64,000 nucleotides of DNA from the NCBI GenBank assembly GCA_964016885.1, contig OZ024740.1:139190001-139254000 (forward strand), in the 5' to 3' direction. The notes beneath the pieces are model-generated. The model had not been told where the DNA came from and ran no database searches. It was given only the letters and a program-made list of their open reading frames with translations. The first letter of the stretch is position 1. Each line of letters starts with the position of its first letter. This document shows positions 26,928 to 40,240 of the stretch, piece after piece. The DNA is from Eledone cirrhosa. Its lineage: Eukaryota. Position numbers and translations under genes: made by a program.

Positions 26928-27052
26928 AACACATACACAGACTTGTTCCCACACACAGGCACAATTATATACAGAAACATGCTTATCTACAAACATGCAA
27001 CATGTGTTTCTGGTATCTAAGTGCGCAGTTATCTGCTTGTCCTAAATTATTA

Positions 27053-27219
<167 letters not shown>

Positions 27220-27280
27220 TATGACTGCCAATACTGGAATTGTATAATCAAGATCGTAGCGGTATGTCATATATCAAATC

Positions 27281-27355
27281 ATATATTTTATCTGATGAAG
27301 ACGTACTGAAAAAAACAACACAGTACCTTTGAAATATATATAATAAAGCATATAT
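27281..27355 (+). ncRNA. Minimal type I hammerhead ribozyme (PLE-type)
   Basis: tttat-CTGATGA-ag.gtactg...cagtac.tt-GAAA-tatata-TA-ataaa; palindromic stem III. Confidence 0.72.
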
Positions 27356-27395
27356 TTTGATTATGTGAATATCCTTCATTTGTTAATATTTTGAA

Positions 27396-27469
<74 letters not shown>

Positions 27470-27470
<1 letters not shown>

Positions 27471-28519
27471 CGACCTGAATTACCCGGTGTTGCCTGGGTT
27501 ACTGCTGTTCTTATTCAGATTAGTAAACAATAAATATGATGATATGTTTTTTTTTCTCATAATTATTTCAAAATATTTTATAAAAAATAAAAAAATAAAA
27601 ATTGTAATGATAATAGAATTTAGAGAGGGAATTTTTGTTGGTCTCCAAATGAATAAATTGTTGCTATACACTCACACACATACACTCACATACATTCACA
27701 TACATATAATAAGACAGACATACATTCACGCAGACACACGCATAGCTTTTTACCTCATTTTTGTCAGTTGCTACATATGCATATGTACGAGTAGATGTGT
27801 GTATGTATTTATTAGCGTACCTATTCATACATATTCATATAAAAAAATGTGACGTCGTTGTGTTGTTTTCTATTGTTTTAATCCAAATGAAAATAAAAAT
27901 TATCACACATACACTCACACACACATAGACGCACACATACACTCACACACACATACACTCACGCACACATACACTCACACACATACACTCTCACATACAC
28001 TCTCACATACACTCACATACATATACTATGACAAGCACACACAGACATGCATTAACGCACACCTATTACTTGTGAGTCAATACATATGTATATGTATGTG
28101 TAGATGTGTGTGTGTGTGTGTTTAATTCTCTGTGTGGGAAGATAATGTGTATGCAACTTACTAAGGCTATATGTATGTGTAGATGTGTGTGTGTTTAATT
28201 CTCTGAGGCCTAATGTACGTAACGAACTCACAAACACGTACTCACAGACACATACACGCTCATATACAAAATGTGACGTCATGGTGGTGGTGGTGGTGGG
28301 GATGTGGGGGGGGGGTACAATAGTTGACTATAGAAATATTATTTTAGTTAAAATGTTATATTGTTTTAATCCAAATGAAAATAAAAATTACATGCTGACA
28401 CTCCCGGGGTCTAATACTATTTACCTTGTAATATTTGATTCGATTGTGTCGAGTCGTTTGAGAATGCACAGGAACAGACAGACAGACAGAGAGACAAATA
28501 GTTTTATATAGAGAGAGAT
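27470..28519 (-). mobile_element. Degenerate non-autonomous Helitron
   Basis: CCCGGTGTTGCCTGGG hairpin at one end (CTAG decayed); minus-strand 5' end ATCTCTCTCTATATAAAAC followed by (TCTG)n. Confidence 0.5.
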
Positions 28520-28520
28520 A

Positions 28521-28694
28521 CAGGTAAAATTCCGTTATAACGAATACCATTATAACGAATTTTCAGTATAACGAATTTGTTTCAATCCCCTGTCACACGC
28601 TCGATGTGTTAGGTCGATCTCGTAATAAAGAATTTTTCATTACAACGAATTATTTTTTATACCTCGTGAATTTCGTTATAACGGAATTTCACTG
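28521..28694. mobile_element. Tc1/mariner (pogo/Tigger-like) MITE
   Basis: TIRs CAGGTAAAATTCCGTTATAACGAA / TTCGTTATAACGGAATTTCACTG with TA on both sides. Confidence 0.8.
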
Positions 28695-28754
28695 TATCAC
28701 CTGTCAATTCACAGTTCACAGTAGTAGTAGTAGTAGTAGTAGTAGTAATAATAA

Positions 28755-28804
<50 letters not shown>

Positions 28805-29968
28805 TTTTCCGATTCATACCAAGGTAGGTGAACAATAAATTAAGAGGTGTCTCTGGATGACAATTCTTAATCTTTCTAATTTCCCACGACCAAAGATATC
28901 AATGACAACCAAACCACTACCATCATGTCGTTAGTATTCGGCTTAAATGCCTTGATATTTGTTCCAGTTCACTGTACTCTGAGTTCAAATCTCGCGGCGG
29001 TCAACTTTGTATTTCATCCTTTCAGAGTTGATAAAAAAGTACCCGTCCAGGGGCGCTTGATATGCGGAAATATGAAAGAACCTGACGGGATGCTCTACGG
29101 TATCTGATCCAGCTCTGTTCGCACCGAGTTCAAATCCTGCCTTTTTGTCAAGAGTTGTGACCGGTAGTTTGTATCAGCTTGCAATAGAAGCAAATATGTA
29201 TTGCAGTAGAGTAGCCATTGGGAAAAAGTTATGATGTATTCAAAGCTTCGTCAATGCATCTCCTTCCAAATGGATCGCTTGAATCACTACTACAATAACT
29301 ACGTCCTCAAACATTAAAGCGAGCAATGTAGTGATTATGGTGTGAGCTTCATGATCTAAAGTCATAGATTCACGGACTTCCGCGGCGATTTGTGTCTTTG
29401 AGCAATGCTCTTCAAATTGAAAATGAGATCCAGCAGCAGCTGGAAGTTAACCTCATGATGGAATTGTGTCGTATCCAAGCTGAGGCGAGTACACTCAGTT
29501 GCTTACGCTTTTATGATACTGGGTAAAACTCTAGCCTGATGAGTCTCGAATAAGGAGGCAGACTTTATATTTCTAACTTTACCACAACGTATATCACCAT
29601 TAATACTCATCCCAACTACTTTTATATCATCCTCGCATCCTACTAGGAACTGCCATTACAAGTCCCTCTCCCACTGCCGCCACCACCGCCGCCACCATCA
29701 CTGCCGCCGCCACCACTGCCGCCGCCACTGCGCCGCTACCCCCATCCACCACCACCATCAACACAACTACCACCACTACCGCCTACATAATAACCACCAC
29801 CTACACTACCTAGCAATAACTACCATTGCAATAACAACATTAATTAGTAACCTCATTAGCTAATTAGGTTGTATAAATTATTGTTATTGTATATTCCTAA
29901 CATAATTATCGTATAATTCCGTCAGTTACTGTGACTGATGCCTATTCGTGTCCATTATCTATATATAT

Positions 29969-30101
29969 TACGGCCCTTGCCATTCTGAGTTCAAATCCCG
30001 CCAAGGTTAACTTTGCCTTTCATCCTTACGGGGTCGATAAAATAAAGTACCAGTAATACACTGCGATAATTGTTGGCCTTATGCCAAAAGTAGAAACAAT
30101 T
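29969..30101 (+). mobile_element. SINE family A, 5'-truncated
   Basis: Consensus match. Confidence 0.85.
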
Positions 30102-30618
30102 ATTGCTACTAACGTCATACAAATCCAGTGATCCAGTTATTTTCAAATTAATTAGTAATAATTATGCAATGACTAATATATCAATCTCCTCCTCTCAGTA
30201 TTCATATTGAGTCCAACAAACCAGGCACTCCACCAACTACTAATCTAAGTCTGTCCCACCTAGAAGGTCAACACTTATGTCTTTCCAAAAGGGGTAGACT
30301 TGCAACAGTGTTTGTAGAACTATGTCTTCGTTTTCTTTTCAGAAGGCTTGTGATGGCCAACCACATTGCTCCATTATTCAAACCTAACAAATACATATAT
30401 ATATATAGGGGGGGGGGGGGTATGCGTGTGTGGGGGAGGCGGGTATGTGGTGTGTCTGTGTGTGTGTGTGTGGACCGGTACTCCTGATGGAGTCGTATTT
30501 TATTGACCTGTAAAGGATGATAAGCGAAGTTGACGTCAGCGGAATTTGAACTCAGAGAGCAAAGAGCCAAAACGATTACCACAAAGCATTCTATCCGACG
30601 TCCTGACGACTCAGCCTT

Positions 30619-30691
<73 letters not shown>

Positions 30692-30786
30692 GTGTTTTTT
30701 TAGAAATACGAAATTTCTATACATATCTGTATATAGCTATGCCTGAAGCTAAATTCTAATTCTATTATATATATATATATATATAT

Positions 30787-30833
<47 letters not shown>

Positions 30834-30954
30834 AAGAGAGAGAGAGAGAGACCGGAGAAACAACTAACCATGGGAGTACTCAATGTATGAGAAGATGCAG
30901 AGTGGGTATAGGGATGTGTAAAATGCCCACCGCGGAATTTTACTATAAAGGGCC

Positions 30955-31244
30955 GTAACTCTTTGCTGCAAAGCATGGCGTCCGACCCTCTACTGATACT
31001 GCCAATCCACCGCCCTTAGAGCAATAATGACTCCTGATTTAGACACAAGTCCAACTATTTTGAGAGAGGGAAAGTCAATTAAATCGATCCCAATGCTTTA
31101 CTGGTGCTTTATTTTACCGACCCCGTATGGATGAAAGAGAAAGCTAACCTCGGTGGGATTTGAACTTAGAACGTAAGGGGATATAACTATATGCCACAAA
31201 GCATTTTGTCCGACGCTCTACCGATACTGCCAATCCACCGCCCT
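30955..31244 (-). mobile_element. SINE family A: partial head plus full long-variant copy
   Basis: Consensus match. Confidence 0.82.
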
Positions 31245-32392
31245 TGTCAATCTACATTGAGCGTTGGTAGGAATAAAGCCTTGCGGTGTTTGTTTTTGCT
31301 TTTGAAGTTCTGAGCTCAAATCTTGCCGATGTGACAGAGCTGACAGAGCTATGTTTCGCACTTTTTTGTGCTTATCAAAGCTAACTACTCCACCTGTTTG
31401 CTGAAAATCATGAATGTTTGATTCTTATAGAATTCTAGTAATAATCAGGAACTGATTATACAGAACGGTTGCCGGTCAAGCAGAAATTGAAAATTAGAAT
31501 TGGTGCTCTGAAATAGCGATATATATATATATGAATGTATATATAGTGTATTTTGCAATATACTGTATGCTTAATTAAAAGCATATATAATTAAAAGCAT
31601 ATATATATATGAGCGTGGGTATGTATGCATTTATACATAGAAAAGTGCATACATACATACATACAGGCATTCATAAATAAATACATAAATACATACATAC
31701 ATACATACATACATACATACATACATACATACATACATACATACATACATACAGATATACATAATGGCTGCATCTAGTTTTAGAGAATTGCCATCCCTTG
31801 ACCTTTTTCTGATACATGGCTGGCGCGAATATGACTTCTTAGAACTACCAAGGACATAGGTTCCTTTCTGCATATGCAGCAGCGAAAGAAAAAAGAAAAG
31901 ACCATGCTCAAGTAACACACGTGGAAGTCGTTTAGATCAAGCGTTGCTGTGCTTGAAACTTTTTCAAGTGAAGAAAGGCCTTGCAGGGACCACTCCCACT
32001 CTCTGAAAAACGGTGACAGGTATCCACAAAGAAGAATAGGTTAACATTATTGGCTGCCACCGAGTGGATGTTTTACATCAGAGTTTTCTTTCTTCTAGAA
32101 TGATGTCCAAACAAGTAATAAATGTCTCTCTCTCCCGGTGGGCTAGTCGCACGCTCGTGCACCAAACCAAGTATTTTCGTGTCCCCGAGCATACATACAT
32201 ATATAAACGTTCAATTGAAAGTAATTGAAGGTGGCCTCCAGCTGCGGTTAAATATACATTATTTATTATTTCAAATCAGAGAGAACTGAGAAAGAAAATA
32301 GGTGATATGTCTAACTGTGTGTCCTGTCTCTGTTTTGTCTTGAAATCTGTCTTTCTGTCGGTCAGCCTATATGTCTGTCAGTCTGTGTATCA

Positions 32393-32472
<80 letters not shown>

Positions 32473-32762
32473 ATCTATGCTATCCTATACTATACAATAT
32501 TAAAGCTGTCGTATATTTCGCGTAAAACGTCGGTCATGCTGTGTAAAGATGATTGTGTTAATCCGTGTGTGTGCATGTATCTATGCATGAGTGCATATGC
32601 GTGTGTATGTGTGTTTGAGAGAGTGAGAGAGAGAGAGAGAGAGAGGGTGAGAGTGAGAGAATGGGATAGAGGAGATGAAGAAAGAGGGAGAGAAGAATAC
32701 ATTTTAAGAGAAATTTTGTTTATTTTCAAATTATAAATGACTAAAATATTCCATTTTTGTAG

Positions 32763-33070
32763 TTCTTCTTCTTCTTCTTCTTCTTCTTCTTCTTCTTCTT
32801 CTTCTTCTTCTTCTTCTTCTTCTTCTTCTTCTTCTTCTTCTTCTTTTCTTCTTCCGAAGGGGGTGGGTGGTATGATAGAGTCTTCAAGCACGTTTTCCAG
32901 TGATCCTACCAAATGCCCTTCCTGGTGCAAACTCATTTAGTTGCCCCATATGAGACGCAGGGATACTGCATACCTATTCCAAACCGGATACGCAGGCAGA
33001 TGTAGATACTGGAGATAAAGATTGAAATCATTCTGTAGACACAGGAATACAGCTGGGAGAGAGCACTTTT
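32763..33070 (-). mobile_element. Highly degraded RTE-like 3' end with (GAA)n tail
   Basis: Faint similarity to 16200-16450 (CAAGCACGTTTTCCAG, AACTCAT, GGGAG) next to (TTC)n. Confidence 0.4.
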
Positions 33071-33720
33071 TTTATTTATGTGGTTTCTTAGATGGCGATG
33101 GTGATTCTCGAAAATTTCTTATACATGTGCAACTAAACTGTCGTTTTTCTTTTGCGTCCTTTCTCTCGATTTCTTCCAGATATTTTATAATATCGTCGTG
33201 TATTTCACCCTCGCCGAATCATTAGAAAATCGGATAGAATGCTTTGTGGTATTATTTCCGGCTCTCTGCATTCTGAGTTCATATCTCGCTGAGGTCAACT
33301 TTGCCTTTCCTCCGTTCGAGGTCGATGAAAAAAATTCTTCCTCTATATCTCTTTCTAATAACCTTTCTCTCACTCTCTATCCAGAGAAAGAGTGGTGGAT
33401 TAGAGGTTCAGATAAAATGTGTTGTGGCATTTAGACACGACCCATTACGTTCTGAGTGCAAGTCCCGCAAATGTTAACTTTGCCTTTCATTCTATCGAGG
33501 TCAATAAAGTAGAATAACAGTGAAGTATTGGAATCGATTTAACTGACTCTCCACTAACAGTCTCACCCCTTCAAAAAAGAAAAAAATGGCATTCTGCCTA
33601 AGTGAGGGACAATTACTATATGTATTATTTGAAAAGAAATTAGTATTTAACGCCTTAACACTTGTTATTGTTTTAAAGCCGATCGACATGAGATTAACGT
33701 TAAATGAAGGAAGGAAAGAA

Positions 33721-33755
<35 letters not shown>

Positions 33756-34129
33756 AGAAGAAGAAGAAGAAGAAGAAGAAGAAGAAGAAGAAGAAGAAGA
33801 AGAAGAAGAAGAAGAAGGAGGAGGACGGGGAAGGGCAGGAGGGGCAGGAGGAAGAAAATGAAAAGAAATGTGAGAATTGAATTTGGTTGAAGTGATGGAA
33901 GACCCGATCGCGTTTTTCGCTTTATCTGTAAGCAGCTTTTGTCAGCTGGATGACCTTTGCTGACTCGACTTATTAATTACAAATCACCACTCACCTTAAC
34001 CATTATAGTCCCCTCTTCTCCTTAACCTAACCGCCTAGATCCTCCCTTTTTTAAATCGCCATCTCTTACACATCGCTACTGCTGTCACTTACACACAACA
34101 TCTCACTCCCAACACCCTTTCAATAACAT

Positions 34130-34680
34130 GCCTTCCCGAGTCTCCTCTCATATCTTAAGCCAACTCACTCCGTTCTCGCCACACATATACAACACATACA
34201 CAGGAATTACCGCCATCTTTGAATCCCCTGAACTCCCATGGACACTCTTCCATTAAACCTACCTCCCGAATCCCTCTTCATATCTTAAATCAGCTCCCTG
34301 CGTCCTCGCCACACATATACTGCACATTCACTTATTAACTTCATCGTTAAAACCTCTGAACGCCACCTCTTACCCTCGTTATTACGCGCAACCTCTCACC
34401 CACATAAACGACCCACTACCACAATCCTGCTTCCCTCACTGAATTTCTTTTTATATTTTAAGCCAGCTACTTTCGTCCTCACAACGCACACAAACTTGGC
34501 ATATTACCACCAATTTTTTAAACTCACAAAACGACACCATAACAAGCAACACGCCACTACACATAAATGCTGACGCCGGTACACAATCCTACTTCATAAA
34601 TCCCTTGTCAGATCTTAAACCACCCTCTCCGTCTTCGCCACACACTCTCACATACCCATATAATTACCATTTATGAACTC
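34130..34680. repeat. Degenerate tandem repeat, about 4 units of 130-180 bp
   Basis: Recurring TCCCGAA/GTC.C.CT..ATATCTTAA.CCA.CT...CGTCCTCGCCACACA at ~34135, 34265, 34435 and 34600. Confidence 0.6.
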
Positions 34681-35148
34681 TCTAAACTCCACCTTATACC
34701 CGCTTTACACATTCAACTGTTCACTCCCACTGACACCCATCCAAACATATTTCGATATTGAATCATTTTATTTCTTTACTGGTTTCTGTCATTATACGAC
34801 CGCCTTGCTGGGAAACTGCCTTGATGTAATCGATATTATCGACTCCAGTACATATTTATGCAATTCTGGAGTTATTTTATCGATCTCCTTTTTCTTGAAC
34901 CACTAATTTATGAGACACAGACACAAACTCTCCATATATATATATATATATATATATATAGATAATTTAATATATCAACTAACATAAGCGCACAGATGCA
35001 CGCCCATGCCAGCAAATACACAGGTTATGTCATAGTACCTAGGTGGTTCAATGCAGGAGAATGCAGAACAATAATATAAAGGACGTAAAATAAGAAAATA
35101 TTTTTTTAAAAAAATTAAAAAAAAAATTTTTTTCTTACTTAAATTTTC

Positions 35149-35230
35149 ACTCCAACTAATTAGTTTCTGCAATGGGATAAAGACAGTTACGTAATCCAAC
35201 TGTCGAGAATTCATTGCGTCATCAGGAAGT
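35149..35230 (-). ncRNA. Type I hammerhead ribozyme, copy 1
   Basis: acttc-CTGATGA-c-gcaatg..gacagtt/aactgtc..cattgc-a-GAAA-ctaattag-TT-ggagt. Confidence 0.75.
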
Positions 35231-35712
35231 CTATTCTCAGTTAAGTCTCCAGGCAATGCGCGGACACTGGCGGCTCATATAAAAATAATAATAATTCGGT
35301 AGATCGAACAGCTTGCGAGGACTGGATTCTATGTACCGAAATTCTCACTGCTTCAAGTCAAATGGCCGATTCTAAAGAATCAATCACGTGACACAGAGGC
35401 TAGTTAGAAGGAATGGGATGGTAAGATGACTGACGCCTACTAACACCCCAAAAAAAAAAAAAAATTTTTTTAGAAGTGGTTTTGACAAGTTTGCTCGACA
35501 AATCAGTGATTTGGAGATAAATATAGATAATTTAATATATCAACTAACATAAGCGCACAGATGCACGCCCATGCCAGCAAATACACAGGTTATGTCATAG
35601 TACCTAGGTGGTTCAATGCAGGAGAATGCAGAACAATAATATAAAGGACGTAAAATAAGAAAATATTTTTTTAAAAAAATTTAAAAAAAATTTTTTTCTT
35701 ACTTAAATTTTC

Positions 35713-35794
35713 ACTCCAACTAATTAGTTTCTGCAATGGGATAAAGACAGTTACGTAATCCAACTGTCGAGAATTCATTGCGTCATCAGGAAGT
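35713..35794 (-). ncRNA. Type I hammerhead ribozyme, copy 2
   Basis: Same motif as copy 1. Confidence 0.75.
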
Positions 35795-35802
35795 CCCTAT
35801 TT

Positions 35803-35883
35803 CTTCCTGATGACGCAATGAATTCTCGACAGTTGGATTACGTAACTGTCTTTATCCCATTGCAGAAACTAATTAGTTGGAGT
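35803..35883 (+). ncRNA. Type I hammerhead ribozyme, inverted copy 3
   Basis: cttc-CTGATGA-c-gcaatg...cattgc-a-GAAA-ctaattag-TT-ggag on the plus strand. Confidence 0.7.
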
Positions 35884-35938
35884 GAAAATTTAAGTAAGAA
35901 AAAAATTTTTTTAAAAAAATATTTTCTTATTTTACGTC

Positions 35939-36006
<68 letters not shown>

Positions 36007-36196
36007 ATTATTATTATTAAAGGCACAGAAGCATATGTTAAAGTCAATAAGTTCTTCTACTATCTCCTCTCACCGAAGTATATATTTTCCGTGGTGTTAT
36101 ACATGCTTATATATATACATAGCTTCGTACTTACACGCACACACTCTTTTACTCACACATTCACACACATTTCTTCTTAACTTCGTACGGACGTAT

Positions 36197-36253
<57 letters not shown>

Positions 36254-36479
36254 CTTATGCACATGCACAAGTATAGCTCTTTTTACAAAACGTTTCTTTT
36301 CCATTTCAGGTAGACGCACTCCATCATCCACTTTTCTAAAAAATAAATCATACACAAAACGCCAGCACCAACAGTTTTCCAAGAGATGTCAACATGAATT
36401 GACCTGTTATTTTTATTTAAAGACATTTTTTCCAATTCCAACCCGCCCGTCCCCTCAATCTATCCTATTTCTCATTCTT

Positions 36480-36515
36480 TCTTCTGATGAAGGACTAGCG
36501 TTCGAAACGTTAAGA
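36480..36515 (+). ncRNA. Minimal hammerhead ribozyme in a PLE terminal-repeat-like segment
   Basis: tctt-CTGATGA-a-ggac tagc gttc-GAAA-cg-TT-aaga. Confidence 0.65.
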
Positions 36516-36620
36516 CCCTCTTCCTGCTATGTCAAGCGTTAACCTAATATATCCCTTCCATATACTGTACCGATTCTGTTGTTATTTCTGTTTACCGTTT
36601 ACACACACACACAGACACAG

Positions 36621-36724
<104 letters not shown>

Positions 36725-36849
36725 GTCAATTTCTCTCTGTTTGTGGATTTGTTTGTGAACCTTGTTGAAATCAAGTTAGATGACATCAGTGTCGGAGCCC
36801 TCTCCCAAAGCTGATGAAATGTCATTAATTAAATTTAATTAAATTTAAC

Positions 36850-38130
36850 AACCATCTCTGGACTAGAGCAGACAGAGATAATAATTTCGATATCACTATG
36901 GGGTCATCGGATTCCGCCCAAATAACCAAATAACGGATCTTGCGGGTTTTTTTATTAATAATACTCTACATAGGAAAATACCGGAGATGACCGGAGGTTT
37001 ATATCGCGACGATATGCTATTACTTATAGAAAATAATAATAACTGCGAAATAAATAGGAAAAGAAAAGAAATTATACAATTTTTTAATTACCTTAATCTT
37101 AAAGTAGAAATAGAGAATAATTATAAAATAGTTAACTTTCTAGATGTAACTTTAAACCTTAACACTGGTCTTTATTATCCATTTCACAAAATAAACGAGA
37201 ACTTAAACTACGTTAATTTTAATTCAAATCACCCCAGATCCGTTAAAAACACTATAGTAAACTCTGTGCAGCAACGTATTTCTAGAATTTCAGCTAATAA
37301 GAATATTTTTGAAGATAAAACGCAATATTATAACGAAGCGTTAGGTAGAGCTAGATATAGTAATAAAATTAAATACCTTGATAGTAATGATATAACAAAT
37401 AACTATAAGTTTAACAACTATAATAGAAAACCTTACAATAATTCGAAAAACAAAAAAAGAAATAGAACTAGGAATATATTATGGTTCGCTCCTCCTTTCT
37501 CATTAAGTATTAAAACTCCTTTTGCTAAATTATTCTTTAAAGCTCTAGATAAATGCTTCCCTAGAACACATAGGTATTACTCAATATTTAATAGACATAC
37601 TATAAAATTAACGTATTCAACCACCAGTAATTTAGCGCAGAATATTAATAGAATTAATAATAGAAACTTAAAACCTAACCAGAATACCATTAATAACATT
37701 AATAACCCCAGCAATATCCAACTGAATAATACGGCACATAGAAACTAAAATTTTGATAAATGTAACTGTAGAAATAAATCTAACTGTCCGTTAAATAACA
37801 ATTGTTTAGTTAAAAATATAGTATATAATTGTAATGTAAAAACTAATTTAAATTCATATAATTATGTAAGCTCTACCTTCACAGATTTTAAGTCTCGTTT
37901 TAATAACCATAAATGAACTTTTACGAATATAAATAAAAAAATCTTCAACTTCTCTATCTAATTTACTATGGGACCTAAAATCAAAGAACACTAACTATTC
38001 TTTACTTTGGAATATTATCTCCAAAGCTCCTCCATTCAATGCTTCTTCTGAAAATTGCGCTCTTTGTATAGAGGAAATATTCTTTATATTAAAAAGTAAA
38101 AATTCTGTTAATTTAAGAATTCATAATTCA
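36850..38130 (+). mobile_element. Penelope-like element, 5'-truncated RT plus GIY-YIG endonuclease (disrupted)
   Basis: TMGSSDSAQ.., GGLYRDD, IVNFLDVTLNL, YVNFNSNHP, ILWFAPPFS; then CNCRNKSNCPLNNNCLVKNIVYNC..YVSST..FKSRFNNHK and CALCIEE. Confidence 0.9.
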
Positions 38131-38212
38131 TAATTCATAATTTAAATTATAATTCATATTTCATATTTTATATTGTATATTTTGTATTTATATATTTTTC
38201 AAATGCTTAATG

Positions 38213-38369
<157 letters not shown>

Positions 38370-39131
38370 TGTATGTGTATGTATATGTATGTCAAAATGT
38401 TTACATATATATAAAATTTATACTTTAAATATATTCTACGGATATACTCTTATGAAAGAGTTATTTTTATGGATTATGCTTTGGATATATTCCAAAGAAT
38501 GAATTTTTAAATATTAACACGTTATAGCAAACAAATTTATGTTTTTAACAGTCATAACTGTATGACAGGTTGGAGTTATGAATTTATAACTTGCTATAAA
38601 ATAACCAAATTCATACTCTAATTACATTATTAAGATGGATAATAAAATTTTTTAACATCTTATCTTTATACCATTTAATCCTTAGAGCTATCTAAATTAT
38701 TAATAAATCGCTAGCAATTTACTTTACGCTCTACTGCTATTACAAATAAGGGATTATTCTTCTGTAAACTCTCGGAAATTTCATGAGCTTAAAAATATTG
38801 GGATATTTTAAACTTACAAATGTTAAAAAAATGTTTAATTAATAATTAATAAAATTATATATGGTTTTGTAATAATAACATATTTTTTCATAATATATAT
38901 TCTTTAATAATAATATATAGGTTTTATACTCAGGTTTTTTTCTCTTTCTTTCTTTCGTTTTTTTCTCTTTCTTTTCTCTTTTTTCCCTATTCCAACGGCT
39001 TAATTTAAATATACTGTTTTTAGACCTTTGCAACACTAATTTGCATAATAAACCAACAATAAATCTAATAACTCCACTATCCAGGAGATTCCAACCAGAA
39101 TGGTTGCATTTTTTAAGGGTATGTCAATATT

Positions 39132-39240
39132 TATTTATAAAACTAACCTATATTATATTTTATCTGATGAAAGCGCACCATAGTTTGTTCGGGTGGCCCT
39201 TGAAATATGTATAATGAAATAAATATGGTTTTATAAATAT
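39132..39240 (+). ncRNA. Type I hammerhead ribozyme in a PLE terminal-repeat-like segment (family also at 43490-43625 and 44670-44830)
   Basis: tttataaaac..atattttat-CTGATGA-aag.gcacc...ggtggc.ctt-GAAA-tatgta-TA-atgaaata..gttttataaa; extended stem I. Confidence 0.75.
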
Positions 39241-39435
39241 AGTTTCCATTTGTTAATATATTGTATATACATATATATATATATATTATATATATATACA
39301 CACACACACACTTATATATGCATGCGTATTTATGGTGTTTGTATGTATGTGTTTATGCGTGTGTGTGTGCATGTGTAGAGCCGGGTGGGGGATAGGTGCT
39401 TGTGCGTGTGTGCGGACGTGTTTGTGTATGATTCT

Positions 39436-39488
<53 letters not shown>

Positions 39489-39639
39489 TATATATAAAGA
39501 AGTCTCCCCAACCAGGACAATCAATCGACAGTGTTGACCAACAGCTGTATCACATGATGTTTGACAGGCATGTAATTTCCCTAGTTGTCAAGACTAGCCA
39601 TGTAGGGGGAGCTGATGTTGACGGGGGTGGTGGGTGTTT

Positions 39640-40240
39640 GTGTTGTGGTTGGCGGTAGCTGTGGTGGTGGTGTGGGGGGGGGGGGGGTTGATTGGTGATG
39701 GTGGTTTGTGGTTGTGGTGGGTTTGTTGGGGGTGATGTTCATAGTGTTGGTGGCTGCAGCGATGGATGTAGTGGTTATGGTGGTGGTGGTGATGTATGTA
39801 GAGGTTATGATGGTGGTGGTGGTGACGGGAAGGTTGTGATGGCGGAGATGTTGGTGGTAAGGTTGTTTGTGATAGAGTTGGGAGTCATGTTGGTAGTGGT
39901 GAACGATATAGCTTATTGTGGTTATTTATATTTCTCATGGTAGAGTAATAGCAGTTGTAGTACTAGTACTATAGTAGTAGTAACAGCAGCATCAGCATCA
40001 GCAGCAGTAGTAGTAGTAGTATAGTAGTAATAGTAACAACAGCAGCAGTAGTAGTATTAGTAGTATAGTAGTAGTAGGAGTAGTATAGTAGTAGTAGTAG
40101 CAGAAGCAGTAGTAGTAGTAGTAGTAGTAGTAGTAGCAGCAGCAGCAGCAGCAATAGCAATAGCAGCAGCAGTAGTAGTAGTAGTAGTAGTAGTAGAAGT
40201 AGTAGTAGTAGTAGTTCTTCTTCTTCTTGTCGTTGTTGTT
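39640..40240. repeat. Compound (GGT)n/(GTA)n/(GCA)n low-complexity tract
   Basis: Direct reading. Confidence 0.9.

Larger units (their letters stand above)
34961..35945 (-). mobile_element. Non-coding retrozyme-like / non-autonomous Penelope-like element: ~270-bp direct repeats (34961-35230, 35526-35794) plus an inverted copy (35803-35945)
   Basis: Near-identical direct repeats 564-565 bp apart, each holding a hammerhead; inverted partial repeat; (TA)n on both flanks. Confidence 0.75.

Noticed and set aside
38440-39070. AT-rich segment next to the Penelope element as a possible PLE N-terminus
   Set aside because: No convincing motifs recovered by eye
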